Numbered from the stretch's first letter, positions 29,408 through 40,839 are shown. The stretch is DNA of 64,000 bases from Nitrospirota bacterium (GCA_963701855.1 CAVPBK010000006.1:1440001-1504000), one strand, 5' to 3'. The notes: generated by a model from the sequence alone, not told the origin. A program made the numbers and translations.

Positions 29408-32290
29408 ATGGCCACACCGGACTTTCTGAGCCCGACCGACACGTTTATCCATCGCCATATTGGCCCCACCGACGCTGAAGCTCACGAGATGCTGGCGACG
29501 CTCGGCTTGCAATCGCTGGAGGAGCTGAGCGAGGCAACCGTGCCAACCGACATTCGTTTGCGGAAGGAATTGGCCCTGCCTCTTCACCGCGGGGAACAGG
29601 CCGTGCTGGAAGAGGTCCGATCCATCGCCGAAGAAAACCAGATCTACCGTTCATTGATCGGCATGGGCTATCACGATTGCATCACACCCGGCGTGATTCA
29701 GCGCAATATTTTCGAAGACCCGTCCTGGTATACCCAGTACACGCCTTACCAGGCCGAGATTGCCCAGGGCCGCTTGGAAGCACTCGTGAATTTTCAAACC
29801 CTGGTGTCCGATCTCACCGGCTTGCCCCTAGCCAATGCCTCGCTCCTGGATGAAGCCACCGCGGCAGCGGAGGCGATGGCCATGTGTCTCGCCATTTCTC
29901 GTTCGTCCGGCCGTGAACGGACAGAGTTCTTCGCCTCGCAAGACTGTCATCCCCAAACCGTTGCCGTGATGCAGACACGGGCTGAACCGCTCGGCATGAC
30001 TCTGCGTGTAGGGCAGACGCAGACCATCGATTTCTCCAACCCTCTGCTGGCCGGAATTTTACTCCAGTATCCGACCACTGACGGCTATGTCGGGGACTAC
30101 AGCGCGTTGGTAGTGCAGGCCCACGCGGCCGGGGTTCTCGTGGTGGTCGCTACCGATCTGTTGGCCCTTACCCTTTTGCGCCCACCGGGAGAATTCGGGG
30201 CCGATATCGCCGTGGGCTCCAGTCAGCGGTTTGGTGTCCCGCTCGGATTTGGCGGCCCCCACGCCGCGTTTCTCTCGACCACCGAGACATTCAAGCGGCA
30301 GATGCCGGGACGCATCGTCGGGGTGTCCAAGGATGTCACAGGGAAGCCTGCCTACCGGCTTTCTCTGCAGACTCGCGAACAGCATATTCGGCGTGAGAAG
30401 GCGACGAGCAACATTTGTACGGCGCAGGTGCTCTTGGCCATCATGGCAAGCATGTATGCGATTTACCACGGGCCGGAGGGCTTGCGGCGGATTGCCGAGC
30501 GCGTGCATGGCTTGGCTGTGATACTGGCAGCGGGGTTGCGGCAGCTCGGATTCGATGTCGTAGCGGAATCATACTTCGATACGATTCGAGTTCGTCTGAC
30601 GAAGATGCAGTCCGAGTCTATCTTGGTCCGGGCCGACGAAGCAGGCATCAATCTTCGCGGGCATGAGGACCACTCCATCGGGATTGCACTGGATGAGGTG
30701 AGTACGGAAAACGAAATCTGCCGCCTGATGGAAATTTTCATAGGTCACAATCGGTTGCCTTTTCAGGTTCGGGACTTGAGCCACAGCGTCGATACAAGCT
30801 TTCCCACGAATCTCGCCCGCACCAGCAAGTACCTGACCCATGAGGTGTTCAACCGCTATCATTCGGAACACGAGATGCTGCGGTATATCCACCGTCTAGG
30901 TGCGAAAGATCTGTCACTCGTCCATTCGATGATCCCTTTGGGGTCCTGCACCATGAAGCTGAACGCGACAACCGAGATGCTGCCGGTTACCTGGCCAAAG
31001 TTCTCACGGCTTCACCCCTTTGCTCCGATCGAGCAGACCAAAGGGTATCAAGAGTTGTTCCATCAGTTGGAGGCCTGGCTGGCGGAGATTACCGGATTCT
31101 CTGCCGTGTCCCTGCAACCGAATGCCGGCTCTCAGGGCGAGTATACGGGACTGATGGTGATCCGAGCATATCACCGGAGCCAGGGGGAAGAGCATCGGGA
31201 TGTGTGCTTGATTCCCGTGTCCGCCCACGGCACGAATCCAGCCAGTGCGTCTATGGTCGGCATGACGGTTGTAACGGTCGCCTGTGATCGACAGGGCAAT
31301 GTGGAATTAGCCGATCTCGAGGCCAAGGCCGCTCAGCATCGCGAGCGGCTGTCTGCGCTCATGTTGACCTATCCCTCGACTCACGGTGTCTTCGAGGCGG
31401 AGGTGCGGCGCATCTGTCAGATCGTTCATACACACGGCGGGCAAGTCTATATGGATGGCGCTAACTTGAATGCTCAGGTGGGGCTTTGTCGGCCCGGGGA
31501 CATCGGTGCGGATATCTGCCATCTGAATCTACACAAGACATTCTGTATCCCCCACGGCGGGGGAGGGCCTGGGATGGGACCGATCGTTGCAGCGCGCCAT
31601 CTGGCGCCGTTTCTTCCCGGCCATCCGGTGATGCAACTGGGCGGACAAAGCTCCATCGGACCGGTATCGGCGGCGCCGTACGGCAGCCCTAGCATCGTGA
31701 CAATTTCCTGGGTCTACATCGCCCTGATGGGGCGCGATGGCTTGACCAAGGCGACGCAGGTGGCGATCTTGAGCGCCAACTACATGGCCAAACAACTGGA
31801 GAAATACTACCCTGTCCTCTACACGGGAACGTCCGGGTTCGTTGCGCACGAGTTTATTCTCGATCTACGTCAGTTCAAGGAGACGGCGGGAATTGAAGCG
31901 ATGGATGTGGCGAAGCGATTGATGGATTACGGATTTCATGCTCCGACGGTCTCGTTTCCGGTTGCCGGAACGCTCATGATCGAACCGACGGAGAGCGAAA
32001 CGAGGGACGAATTGGACCGGTACTGCGAGGCGCTGATTTTGATTCATGCAGAGATACAAGACATCGTCGAGGGCCGCCAGCCGCGCACAAACAATCTGCT
32101 GAAGAATGCTCCCCACACGGCACAGGCTGTGACGGCCACCGAATGGAATCGACCCTACAGCCGCGAACAGGCTGCCTTTCCTGCTCCCTGGGTACGCGAC
32201 CATAAATTCTGGCCCAGTGTGAGCCGCATCGACGAAGCCTATGGAGATCGCCATCTCGTCTGCACGTGCCCCCCGACCGACACCTACTAA
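29408..32290 (+). CDS. gcvP: Glycine dehydrogenase (glycine cleavage P protein, single chain)
   Basis: [62 protein letters not shown]. Confidence 0.97.
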   Translation: MATPDFLSPTDTFIHRHIGPTDAEAHEMLATLGLQSLEELSEATVPTDIRLRKELALPLHRGEQAVLEEVRSIAEENQIYRSLIGMGYHDCITPGVIQRNIFEDPSWYTQYTPYQAEIAQGRLEALVNFQTLVSDLTGLPLANASLLDEATAAAEAMAMCLAISRSSGRERTEFFASQDCHPQTVAVMQTRAEPLGMTLRVGQTQTIDFSNPLLAGILLQYPTTDGYVGDYSALVVQAHAAGVLVVVATDLLALTLLRPPGEFGADIAVGSSQRFGVPLGFGGPHAAFLSTTETFKRQMPGRIVGVSKDVTGKPAYRLSLQTREQHIRREKATSNICTAQVLLAIMASMYAIYHGPEGLRRIAERVHGLAVILAAGLRQLGFDVVAESYFDTIRVRLTKMQSESILVRADEAGINLRGHEDHSIGIALDEVSTENEICRLMEIFIGHNRLPFQVRDLSHSVDTSFPTNLARTSKYLTHEVFNRYHSEHEMLRYIHRLGAKDLSLVHSMIPLGSCTMKLNATTEMLPVTWPKFSRLHPFAPIEQTKGYQELFHQLEAWLAEITGFSAVSLQPNAGSQGEYTGLMVIRAYHRSQGEEHRDVCLIPVSAHGTNPASASMVGMTVVTVACDRQGNVELADLEAKAAQHRERLSALMLTYPSTHGVFEAEVRRICQIVHTHGGQVYMDGANLNAQVGLCRPGDIGADICHLNLHKTFCIPHGGGGPGMGPIVAARHLAPFLPGHPVMQLGGQSSIGPVSAAPYGSPSIVTISWVYIALMGRDGLTKATQVAILSANYMAKQLEKYYPVLYTGTSGFVAHEFILDLRQFKETAGIEAMDVAKRLMDYGFHAPTVSFPVAGTLMIEPTESETRDELDRYCEALILIHAEIQDIVEGRQPRTNNLLKNAPHTAQAVTATEWNRPYSREQAAFPAPWVRDHKFWPSVSRIDEAYGDRHLVCTCPPTDTY

Positions 32291-32703
32291 GTCGGCTGCT
32301 GAAAAAGGTCTCTGACTTCGTTCTCAGTCGCGTGCCTCCCTGCGACGTACCGCACATGGGAAAAGCGATGTTCCGACAACTCGGGGTGGGAGGGTGAGAA
32401 TGATACACCTCAGTCATCCCGCTCCCTACGGCCTTGTCATAGAACTTTTTTGAGCAGCTCTGAAAAGAGGATCTCCAAACACAATCCAGTTTGCTCAGAC
32501 GAGGGCCTTCAGATTCTCCAACTTCCCCGGAGCGAGTAGGCAGACTGTTCTTCACTGCGCGCATCGAGAGACCACCGCTTTATCGTGGGGGCTTTGTGAG
32601 CAAAAAGAACGGTCTGCCTACTCCCTCGCATCTTCTGAGGCCGCGCGTTGCGCGAGCACGGGGATCGTCCCAGCTACCCCATCCCCACTTTTTCAGCACC
32701 CTG
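32291..32703. mobile_element. Composite family A repeat between convergent gcvP and PBP1A stops
   Basis: GGCTGCTGAAAAAGG...CTTTTTTGAGCAGC followed by long cargo ending TTTTTCAGCACCCTG|CTA. Confidence 0.7.
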
Positions 32704-35088
32704 CTAAAGCGCCCCCTCGGTGATTTGATCCAGCTTATAGAAATCAATTGGGTCCAGTCGGCGCTGAGTCGCTTGAGTCGGTTCACTGCCTTTGGTAAAG
32801 AGTTCAACGGTGCTAGCCTGTCCCCCTTGCTCATCCTCAAGTAACCCCGTCGCCGGATCGACCTTGACGAACGTGACACCTTCCGGAATGATAAAGGCCA
32901 TGACCGGTAGCGGCTTGAGCGCGCTCTGCATGAACTTGACCCAAATAGGCAGCGCGGCATGTGCTCCCGATTCCGCCTCGCCGAGTGAACGTCGATCGTC
33001 AAATCCGACGTAGATGCCCGTGACCAAGTTCGGCGCACCGCCGATAAACCACGCGTTGATAAACTCGTCTGTGGTTCCAGTTTTCCCAGCAATCGGACGC
33101 CCGATCCCTTTGGCTGCCTGGCCGGTCCCCTTTTGAATCACATCTTCCATCATGTTGGTGACCAAATACGCCGTTTCTTTGGAAATCACAGGAATGGCTT
33201 GCGGTTCCGCTTGTTCAAGCACATTTCCCGCGTTGTCCTTCACGAACAGGATCGCGTATGGTTCCGCACGGCTTCCCTGGTTGAGCAACACGCTATAGGC
33301 AGAGGTCAATTCCATCAACCCGACGGAGGATGAGCCCAACCCCAGCGATAGGTCAGCCGCCAGCGGGCTGGTGATCCCGACCGTTTTCGCAAATTCAATG
33401 ACATTTTTTACGCCAACTTTGTCCAGCAACCGGACCGTCGCCAGATTATGCGAGTGAGCCAGGGCATCCCGCAAACTCACCATGCCATGGATTTTTCTTC
33501 CATAGTTCTCCGGCTTCCAGGTTTTCTCATCCTCTTCCTGTTCGTAGACAACCGGCGCATCGAGAATCATCGACGCGGGACCCATCCCCTGATTCATGGC
33601 CGTCGCGTAGATGATCGGCTTGAAGGCGGATCCGGGCTGGCGGTGGGCCTGCACGGCTCGATTGTACTCGCTGCGACCAAAATCGTAGCCTCCGACCATG
33701 GCCCGAATGGCTCCCTTGCCCGGCTCTAGCGCAATCAACCCTCCCTCAACAAGGGGAGTCTGCTCCAATTGCACATGGACGATGCTACGATCCAGATTCT
33801 TCACCATCACCTCGATGACATCACCGGGTTTCAGCACTTGCTTGAGGTTCAGATTGATCACAACATCTTTCGCTGTATCTGATCCAGTCAGACGACGTTT
33901 TGCCCATGCCATATCGTCAAATGCAAGTTTGGCCACCGTCGTGCCAATCTGAACAAGATAATAGTCCTTCGCCACTTTGGTGACGAAGCCTTCGCGATGG
34001 TCTCCCACCTTCACCGCCTGATCGGTCGCCGCTGCAACCATGGGCGGGGTCGGCTCAGTCACGTCGACTGTTCGGAGCGGGCCGCGCCATCCTTGGCGCT
34101 TATCTAATTCGCGCAGGCCGGCGGCAAAGGCGGCTTCAGCAGCTTTCTGCATCTCCATATTCAATGTCGTAAAAATCTTGAGCCCGCCCTTGTACACCAT
34201 CGCTTCGCCATACTTCGCGACCAGCATCTGCCGAATATACTCCACGAAGTAGGGCGCAGCCTGTTCAGCGCCGGGACGCCGGAAATTGAGTATCTCCGCT
34301 GCGGCCTGTTCGCGTTCCGCCGTGGTGAGGAACTTCGCCTCTTCCATGCGTGACAGCACATGCTCCTGTCGCTTTTTTGCACGGTCGTAGGCTTTGAAGG
34401 GCGAATAGTGGTTCGGCGATTTCGGGAGACCCGCCAGAAATGCCGATTCTCCTATCGTAAGGGCGGAGAGGTCTTTCCCAAAATACGTTTGCGCCGCCGA
34501 GGCGACGCCATAGGCGCCTTGTCCGAAGTAAATCTGATTCAAATATAGTTCGAGAATTTGCTCTTTCGTCAGGACCAATTCCATCTTGTAGGCCAGAATC
34601 AGCTCGCGGACTTTGCGGTCGAAGGTGCGTTCGGACGAGAGGAATAGCGACCTCGCCAACTGCTGAGTGATGGTACTGGCCCCTTCGACCTTGCTTCCTC
34701 GGCGCACATTCGTCCAGGCCGCACGGAGCATGCCGATGTAGTCGAGGCCGGGATGCTCGAAGAACCGGACATCCTCGACCGCGATGACCGCCCGCCGCAA
34801 CCGTTCGGGAATATCCGCCACCGGGGTCAGGATGCGCCGCTCGATGAAAAATTGACCGATGAGCTGCTGATCACTCGAATAGACCTGCGTCACCAGGCTG
34901 GGCTGATAAGTCCCCAACTGCTCCAATGCGGGAAGGTCTTTCGAAAAATGCCAAAGCAACCCGCCCGCTGTCAGCCCCCCGATCACGACTGACACCCCCA
35001 GGCCTAGGAGTGAGATCTGCCACCAGCGCCATGAGCGGCGAGATGGTGGACGAAGCGGATCCTGTAGCTGTATCGGTCGATCTATCAT
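32704..35088 (-). CDS. mrcA: Penicillin-binding protein 1A
   Basis: N-terminal TM; EDVRFFEH, GASTITQQLA, RKVRE (transglycosylase); GSAFKP, SHN, GKTGTT (transpeptidase). Confidence 0.92.
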   Translation of the reverse strand: MIDRPIQLQDPLRPPSRRSWRWWQISLLGLGVSVVIGGLTAGGLLWHFSKDLPALEQLGTYQPSLVTQVYSSDQQLIGQFFIERRILTPVADIPERLRRAVIAVEDVRFFEHPGLDYIGMLRAAWTNVRRGSKVEGASTITQQLARSLFLSSERTFDRKVRELILAYKMELVLTKEQILELYLNQIYFGQGAYGVASAAQTYFGKDLSALTIGESAFLAGLPKSPNHYSPFKAYDRAKKRQEHVLSRMEEAKFLTTAEREQAAAEILNFRRPGAEQAAPYFVEYIRQMLVAKYGEAMVYKGGLKIFTTLNMEMQKAAEAAFAAGLRELDKRQGWRGPLRTVDVTEPTPPMVAAATDQAVKVGDHREGFVTKVAKDYYLVQIGTTVAKLAFDDMAWAKRRLTGSDTAKDVVINLNLKQVLKPGDVIEVMVKNLDRSIVHVQLEQTPLVEGGLIALEPGKGAIRAMVGGYDFGRSEYNRAVQAHRQPGSAFKPIIYATAMNQGMGPASMILDAPVVYEQEEDEKTWKPENYGRKIHGMVSLRDALAHSHNLATVRLLDKVGVKNVIEFAKTVGITSPLAADLSLGLGSSSVGLMELTSAYSVLLNQGSRAEPYAILFVKDNAGNVLEQAEPQAIPVISKETAYLVTNMMEDVIQKGTGQAAKGIGRPIAGKTGTTDEFINAWFIGGAPNLVTGIYVGFDDRRSLGEAESGAHAALPIWVKFMQSALKPLPVMAFIIPEGVTFVKVDPATGLLEDEQGGQASTVELFTKGSEPTQATQRRLDPIDFYKLDQITEGAL

Positions 35089-35218
35089 AGTTACGCAGGG
35101 TTACCCTCGAAGGCGGCTTGGTTTCTTGAGAAAGGTACCAAGGTCACCATACCGTGGAGACCCTCAAAACTCAAGATTCAAACCGGTGCCGTCGTGCCGG
35201 CCCTCGCACTTTCCGCCG

Positions 35219-36500
35219 GGTGATGTAATCTTCTCTGTGTAAAAGACGAAGGGTGTAAGCTGGTCGTTGCTGAGACAAACCATTCTCCACTCAAGGAGGC
35301 TTACACCCATGCAAACGCTAACACCGTGGACCGAGCAGTGGCAACACTTCACCTCCGAGATCCGAGAGCAGTTCTGGGGCGACCTCGCTCAGCACACCCG
35401 ACAGAGTTGGCAAGACTTGTTAGGCCGGCTCTCCATTGAGGCGCGGGATCGTTACCTGGGGGTGCGGGAGTATGAACGGAGTCCGGAGCGAACCGATGCC
35501 CGCAACGGCTTTTATGATCGGGACTTCGTGACGCGGTTGGGGACGCTGCGAGTGCGGGTGGCCCGGACGCGGCAACGCGCGTTCTTACCGGCAGGACTCA
35601 TGCGGTTGGAGCGCCGGGCGGCGGAGGTGCTCCTGCTCATTCGGGAAGCCTTCTTACGGGGACTCAGTACGCGGACCGTGGGGCGCGTCGTAGCGTTGGT
35701 GACGGAGGAGCCGGTCAGTGCCCAGACCGTCTCGCGCCTCACGCGGGACTTAGACCAGGCGGTGGCGCAGTTTCACCAGGCGCGGCTGTCCGATGACTGG
35801 CGGTACCTGTTTCTCGATGGGGTAAGCTTGCGAGTCCGGCGTCCCAGCGGCCGCAAGCGGGTTCAGCTCTTAGTGGCCTATGGCGTCCGGGTCGATGGCA
35901 CGCGGCACCTGCTCGGGTTCACGCGGAGCACGGGGGAGAGCCAGGCGGCATGGGAAGGACTCTTGCTGGATCTCTATCGGCGTGGCCTGGAAGGCCGCCA
36001 GCTCCAGCTCGTCGTCACCGATGGCTGTGCCGGGTTGGCGGCGGCGCTGCAGACGGTCTATCCCCGCGCGGCCCATCAGCGCTGTTGGGTCCACAAGCTG
36101 CGCAATCTGCTGGGGGCGGTGCGGCGGCGGGATCACGCCGCCATGAAGACCGATGCTCAGGCGATCTATCAGGCGGCCGATCGGGCCGAGGCGGTGGCCC
36201 AGGCGCAGGCCTTTGCTCGTCGGTGGCGGGACGCGTACCCGCAGCTCGTGACCCGGCTGCTCCGGGATCTGCCCGAATTGCTCGCGTTCTTCCAGTGTCC
36301 GCGGGCCCTCTGGCGCAAGCTCCGGACGACGAATGTGATTGAGCGGTGCTTTGTTGAGGTCCGACGGCGGACCCGACCGATGGTGTGTTTCGTGAACGTG
36401 CAGAGCGTGGAGCGGATTATCTTCTCCATCGTTAACCGATTTAACCTGGAATGGCGCCGGCGCACCCTTCGCCAATTTACACAAGTCGCGTGACATCACC
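35219..36500 (+). mobile_element. IS256-family insertion sequence, 1282 bp, intact
   Basis: Imperfect TIRs GGTGATGTAATCTTCTCTGTGTAAA / reverse complement GGTGATGTCACGCGACTTGTGTAAA; 9-bp TSD TTTCCGCCG at 35210-18 and 36501-09. Confidence 0.93.
35309..36493 (+). CDS. IS256-family (Mutator) transposase
   Basis: RNGFY.R...TRLG, GLSTR, YLFLDG, VVTDG, QRCWVH, RTTNVIER; AGGAGG RBS. Confidence 0.93.
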   Translation: MQTLTPWTEQWQHFTSEIREQFWGDLAQHTRQSWQDLLGRLSIEARDRYLGVREYERSPERTDARNGFYDRDFVTRLGTLRVRVARTRQRAFLPAGLMRLERRAAEVLLLIREAFLRGLSTRTVGRVVALVTEEPVSAQTVSRLTRDLDQAVAQFHQARLSDDWRYLFLDGVSLRVRRPSGRKRVQLLVAYGVRVDGTRHLLGFTRSTGESQAAWEGLLLDLYRRGLEGRQLQLVVTDGCAGLAAALQTVYPRAAHQRCWVHKLRNLLGAVRRRDHAAMKTDAQAIYQAADRAEAVAQAQAFARRWRDAYPQLVTRLLRDLPELLAFFQCPRALWRKLRTTNVIERCFVEVRRRTRPMVCFVNVQSVERIIFSIVNRFNLEWRRRTLRQFTQVA

Positions 36501-36553
36501 TTTCCGCCGGCATCGCTTGTGCCGGACATCATGCTTCGGGTATACTCCCGTAC

Positions 36554-36583
36554 GACGCCTGGATTCCTGGGCGTCTTTTTTTT
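36554..36583 (+). terminator. Terminator-like hairpin in the typA leader
   Basis: GACGCC...GGCGTC followed by T8, just after a TATACT -10-like box. Confidence 0.5.
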
Positions 36584-36602
36584 GGAGCATGCAGCAATAT
36601 CT

Positions 36603-38489
36603 ATGGACCAGACAGCCGCATCGGAATCTCCCGTTACGACACAACTTGATCCCAAAGAGCGCCGGAGCGATATCCGGAATATCGCGATCATCGCCCACGT
36701 CGATCATGGCAAGACAACACTAGTCGACGCCGTGCTCCGACAGACCCATGTCCATCGCAAGATCGACGATATGGGTGAACGAATCATGGACTCGATGGAC
36801 CAGGAACGTGAGCGTGGGATCACCATTCGAGCCAAGAACGCCAGCGTGACCTACAAGGGTGTGAAGATCAATATCGTCGATACGCCGGGCCACGCCGATT
36901 TCGGCGGTGAAGTCGAACGGACCCTGCGCATGGTGGACGGCGTCCTCATCTTGATCGACGCAAAAGAGGGCCCCATGCCGCAAACGACTTTCGTGTTGCG
37001 GAAGGCGTTAGCGCTCGGCCACAAGGCCATTGTCGTCATCAACAAGATCGACCGGCCGGACGCGGTGATCGATGACGTGGTGAACCGGACTTTCGACTTG
37101 TTTGTCCATCTCGGCGCCACAGACGAGCAGCTCGATTTTCCGATCGTCTACACGGCGGCGATCAAGGGCACGGCAACGCTCGATGTGAATAAGCCCGGCA
37201 CGGACATTACACCGCTCCTCGACACCGTGCTGGAGAAGATTCCGGCACCGGCCATCGATGCCGATGCGCCGCTCCAGATCCTGGTTCTCTCCCTGATTCA
37301 GGATCTCTACAAAGGCAAAATGGGCGTGGGGAAGATTCAGTCCGGCTCAATCGCCCGCAGACAGAATGTGACCGTACTCGGAAAGGATGGCGCACAGTTC
37401 CATGGGAAAGTGTCGGACCTCGCGGTCTACTCCGGTCTTGAACGAACGGATATGGAACGAGCCGAGGCAGGGGAAATTGTCGCGGTCGCCGGTCTGGATG
37501 AGGTGAGCATCGGCGATACGATTGCTGATGCGGAACATCCGGTCGCGTTGACCCGAGTTACGGTCGACGAGCCGACCGTCCAGATGACCTTCTCCGTGAA
37601 CAATAGTCCGTTCGCCGGGCGGGAAGGCAAGTACCTGACCTCGCGGCATTTGCGCGATCGACTCTTCAAAGAACTTGAAACCAATGTGTCGTTGCGCGCG
37701 CAAGAAACAGATAGTGCGGATAAGTTCCTCGTGGCCGGTCGCGGCGAGCTTCATCTCGGCGTCTTGATCGAACAGATGCGGCGGGAAGGATATGAACTGC
37801 AAGTCTCGCAACCGGAAGTGATTGTCCACCGAGAGGGGGACAAAGTCCTCGAACCCTATGAGGAACTGACCATCCAGGTGCCTGAAACCTATCAAGGAAC
37901 CGTGATTGAAGAGCTGGGCAAACGCCGCGGCGAGTTGCGCCACATGCGACTCATCCATTCCGACGCCGGACCGAGCGAAATGCACTTGGAGTACCACATC
38001 CCCACCCGCGGCATCATGGGGCTCAAAAACCTCTTGGTCGCCAAGACTCGCGGCACCATCATCATGCACCATGTCTTCGTCGCGTACGAACCGGTGGAAG
38101 AGCGCGATCTCGCGGTGGCAACACACGGGTCCCTTGTCGCACACGAAGACGGAACCAGCACCGGCTATGCCATCTTCATGACCCAAGAACGAGGTGTCAT
38201 GTTTATTGGCCCTGTCGTGGAGGTCTACCGCGGGATGGTCGTCGGTGAGAACAGCCGGGACGAAGACATGGACGTCAACGTCTGTAAAGAGAAGCACCTG
38301 TCCAACATGCGGGCGTCAGGCACCGATGAAGCGTTGGTCCTCACACCGCCACGGGAAATGGGCCTGGAGTTCGCACTCGAATATATCGGCCCGGATGAGC
38401 TGGTTGAGGTCACGCCGAAGAGCCTGCGTATTCGCAAACGGCTCCTCAATCCAGATGACCGCCGCAAGGCCCGCAAATCCAGCAAATAG
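36603..38489 (+). CDS. typA: Translational GTPase TypA/BipA
   Basis: IAHVDHGKTT, ERERGITI, DTPGHADFGGEVER, GRGELHL, DELVEVTPKSLRIRK. Confidence 0.96.
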   Translation: MDQTAASESPVTTQLDPKERRSDIRNIAIIAHVDHGKTTLVDAVLRQTHVHRKIDDMGERIMDSMDQERERGITIRAKNASVTYKGVKINIVDTPGHADFGGEVERTLRMVDGVLILIDAKEGPMPQTTFVLRKALALGHKAIVVINKIDRPDAVIDDVVNRTFDLFVHLGATDEQLDFPIVYTAAIKGTATLDVNKPGTDITPLLDTVLEKIPAPAIDADAPLQILVLSLIQDLYKGKMGVGKIQSGSIARRQNVTVLGKDGAQFHGKVSDLAVYSGLERTDMERAEAGEIVAVAGLDEVSIGDTIADAEHPVALTRVTVDEPTVQMTFSVNNSPFAGREGKYLTSRHLRDRLFKELETNVSLRAQETDSADKFLVAGRGELHLGVLIEQMRREGYELQVSQPEVIVHREGDKVLEPYEELTIQVPETYQGTVIEELGKRRGELRHMRLIHSDAGPSEMHLEYHIPTRGIMGLKNLLVAKTRGTIIMHHVFVAYEPVEERDLAVATHGSLVAHEDGTSTGYAIFMTQERGVMFIGPVVEVYRGMVVGENSRDEDMDVNVCKEKHLSNMRASGTDEALVLTPPREMGLEFALEYIGPDELVEVTPKSLRIRKRLLNPDDRRKARKSSK

Positions 38490-38503
38490 TCTCTCGTGCA
38501 ACA

Positions 38504-39259
38504 ATGAGAATCAGAAAGAAAACCCCCAAACCTTCCGCCCGCCGTCCCCCGCTCTACTTTATCGGTTATCGGGGGACTGCGCCGGCCACAGACGAACTGA
38601 AGACCTGGTACGAACGGGAATATGGCGGGCCGTTGACCATTCACCACGAAGCGGGTTCAACAGAATCCTGGCAAGCGATTCACGGCCCCTGGTCTGCCCA
38701 TGTTGTGATGCCGTTGCCGATGAGCCATGTCGCAGATATCATGAAGAAGTTGGCTTGGGAGCACGACGTGATGGGTGCGGTCGCGCCTTCCCTCGTATCC
38801 CCGCGAGATATGCCGGACACGATACTCTTTGCCGCGCGACTCGCGCGAGGGCTCACGCTCCTCACGCAAGGCACAGCTCATGACATCATCACCAACCAGT
38901 ATGTAAACCCGTCGGATTGGCAGGATCGTCCCCTCACCCACTTTGTCGCCGTCGATCACATCCCGATCACGCAGGGCGAGGATGAGCAGAGCCATCGGAG
39001 CTGGTGCTACACCCTCGGCCTCAGCAAGTTTGGGCTGGATGAAATAGAAATATTTCTTCCTCCCGGCCTTCCAGACCAGCCCGTGCGCGATCTCCTCAGA
39101 GAAACGGCAGATGAATTGACGAGGACCGGACAGTTGCCAAAAGTCGGAAGCCACCTCCGCGTGGGCCTCTTGGGTCAGAATGTTGAGATTGCCAATCACC
39201 GCACTGCTGCACCAGCCGGGCGCATGCTGAGTTTTCGGGAAATTCGCCTGCTGCCATAG
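38504..39259 (+). CDS. Hypothetical protein (C-terminus weakly DUF4261-like)
   Basis: 251-aa frame 14 bp after typA; WCYTLGLSKFGLDEIE motif. Confidence 0.6.
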   Translation: MRIRKKTPKPSARRPPLYFIGYRGTAPATDELKTWYEREYGGPLTIHHEAGSTESWQAIHGPWSAHVVMPLPMSHVADIMKKLAWEHDVMGAVAPSLVSPRDMPDTILFAARLARGLTLLTQGTAHDIITNQYVNPSDWQDRPLTHFVAVDHIPITQGEDEQSHRSWCYTLGLSKFGLDEIEIFLPPGLPDQPVRDLLRETADELTRTGQLPKVGSHLRVGLLGQNVEIANHRTAAPAGRMLSFREIRLLP

Positions 39260-39289
39260 TTCACCTACTTTGTCGGCGACTTATGGGCG

Positions 39290-39404
39290 TCTGGTCTGTT
39301 CAGTCTGTCTAGTTTGTCTGATTGAACAAGGCCGACTCGATGATCTAAATAAACCGGATAGACCAAATGAACAAGACAGACCAGCGGACTGTGTCAGCAT
39401 CCTG
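39290..39404. repeat. Family A half-element with 9-mer cargo
   Basis: 9-bp periodic inverted arrays ending GCGGACTGTGTCAGCATCCTG|TTAG. Confidence 0.65.
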
Positions 39405-39421
39405 TTAGGCCTTCAGGACCG

Positions 39422-39453
39422 TTGACAACATTCTGAGCCGCACGGTACAAAAT
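39422..39453 (+). promoter_or_regulatory. Putative promoter of peroxiredoxin-thioredoxin
   Basis: TTGACA-N15-CGGTACAAAAT, same layout as 6749-6780. Confidence 0.55.
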
Positions 39454-39505
39454 TGCAGATGACAGTGTCAGAGGCCGGACTAAACCCAGTGAAGGAGGTA
39501 TAGAG

Positions 39506-39976
39506 ATGAGCGACGTAGCAGCAGAAATCAAGGTTGGCGATACCGCACCGGATTTTAATTTAAAGGATCAGGACCAGAAAGATGTGAAGCTGAGCGACTA
39601 TCGCGGCAAGAAGAATGTCGTGCTCTGCTTCTATCCGCTGGACTGGAGTCCCGTCTGTCAAGGCGAGAACAAGTGTTTGACCGACGACTTTCCCAAGTTC
39701 CAGTCGGCCAACGCGGAACTCTTTGGAATTAGCTGTGACAGCTTCTTCTCGCACAAGGCATGGGCTGATTCTATGGACCTCAAGCATCGGCTGTTATCGG
39801 ACGTGCATCGGACCACGGCAAAAGGCTACGGCCTCTACTTCGAGCCGTTGAACTGCTCGAAGCGTGCGACCGTCATCGTCGACAAGAACGGCAAGGTCGC
39901 CTACGCGAAAGTCCAGGAAATCAAGGTGGCGCGGGAGGACAAGGACATCCTCGCGGCACTGGCGAAACTAAGCTAA
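39506..39976 (+). CDS. Peroxiredoxin (AhpC/TSA, AhpE-like)
   Basis: [45 protein letters not shown]. Confidence 0.9.
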   Translation: MSDVAAEIKVGDTAPDFNLKDQDQKDVKLSDYRGKKNVVLCFYPLDWSPVCQGENKCLTDDFPKFQSANAELFGISCDSFFSHKAWADSMDLKHRLLSDVHRTTAKGYGLYFEPLNCSKRATVIVDKNGKVAYAKVQEIKVAREDKDILAALAKLS

Positions 39977-39977
39977 G

Positions 39978-40037
39978 AGTGTTGAGGACTGAGCGCTGAG
40001 ATTGAGGAGGATACTCTTTGGTCTCAGCACTCAGCAC
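39978..40037. repeat. Inverted 7-mer repeat hairpin
   Basis: (GTGTTGA/GGACTGA/GCGCTGA) facing (CTCAGCA)2. Confidence 0.5.
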
Positions 40038-40045
40038 ATCGAATC

Positions 40046-40378
40046 ATGCCAGGAATCGTCGAAGACGTCAGAGACGAAAACTATAAGGAGTTCACCGATG
40101 CACCTGCGTCGATCGTCGCCTACGGCCTAGCTACCTGTGAGCCCTGCAAGACGTACGACCCGATTCTGGAAGAGATCGCCGCCAAGTTTCCCGATGTGAA
40201 AGTCGGCAAAGCTAAGATGCACGTCCCAGGGCGCTGCCGCGAGATTAAGAAAAGCCACACCTTCGAGACCTACCCCACGACGCATTTCTTTGCGAATGGC
40301 AAGCTGCTCCTCACCCGCGAAGGCGTCGTTGAGCCGGCTGAACTTGCCGCGCTGATTTCGGATCACTTGCTAAAGTAG
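40046..40378 (+). CDS. Thioredoxin family protein (CEPC)
   Basis: CEPC active site, TYPT cis-Pro motif, NGK; follows peroxiredoxin. Confidence 0.82.
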   Translation: MPGIVEDVRDENYKEFTDAPASIVAYGLATCEPCKTYDPILEEIAAKFPDVKVGKAKMHVPGRCREIKKSHTFETYPTTHFFANGKLLLTREGVVEPAELAALISDHLLK

Positions 40379-40687
40379 TTTCTCTCCTACTGACTTCGGC
40401 AGAAAGAGAAGGTGTGTTTTCCGCATCTTCGCTCTTAGGTTGCGCTGAAAGTGCCGAGCTAGAACGTTGTTCGACCCACCGTTACGCAGGTTATAGTACC
40501 TAAGTATAATACTTATAAAACAAGGATACTTCCGCAATCAACTATGGGTTGAAAGAGCGCCGTCGCGCTCTTTTTTGTACGGCCAAACTTTTGTCATCTA
40601 CTGACGCAAATCGTTGTCCCTAGCGGCTTTGCCGCACATGGGCCACCCATAACTCTGCGAAATGAATTGGGTCTCCCGCCTGCTGAT

Positions 40688-40702
40688 CGGCATAGGCCTT
40701 GC
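40688..40702 (+). promoter_or_regulatory. Putative sigma-54 (-24/-12) promoter
   Basis: CGGCATAGGCCTTGC: GG-N10-GC, close to the TGGCAC-N5-TTGC consensus. Confidence 0.55.
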
Positions 40703-40839
40703 GATCACATACGGTGACCAGGAGAGAAGGCGGATTCACATGGAAGACGCGAGATCTGGTCACGTTTCAGGGGCCAAAACAAAAAAGTCGGTCCTGTGAT
40801 GAGCAGAGCTTTACGTCACAATTAAATAAGAGGTGGGTC

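Noticed and set aside
9156..38297. Long antisense ORFs over clpX (9156-9956), the IS256 transposase (35870-36691) and typA (37347-38297)
   Set aside because: Shadow frames of GC-rich codon usage opposite well-supported genes.
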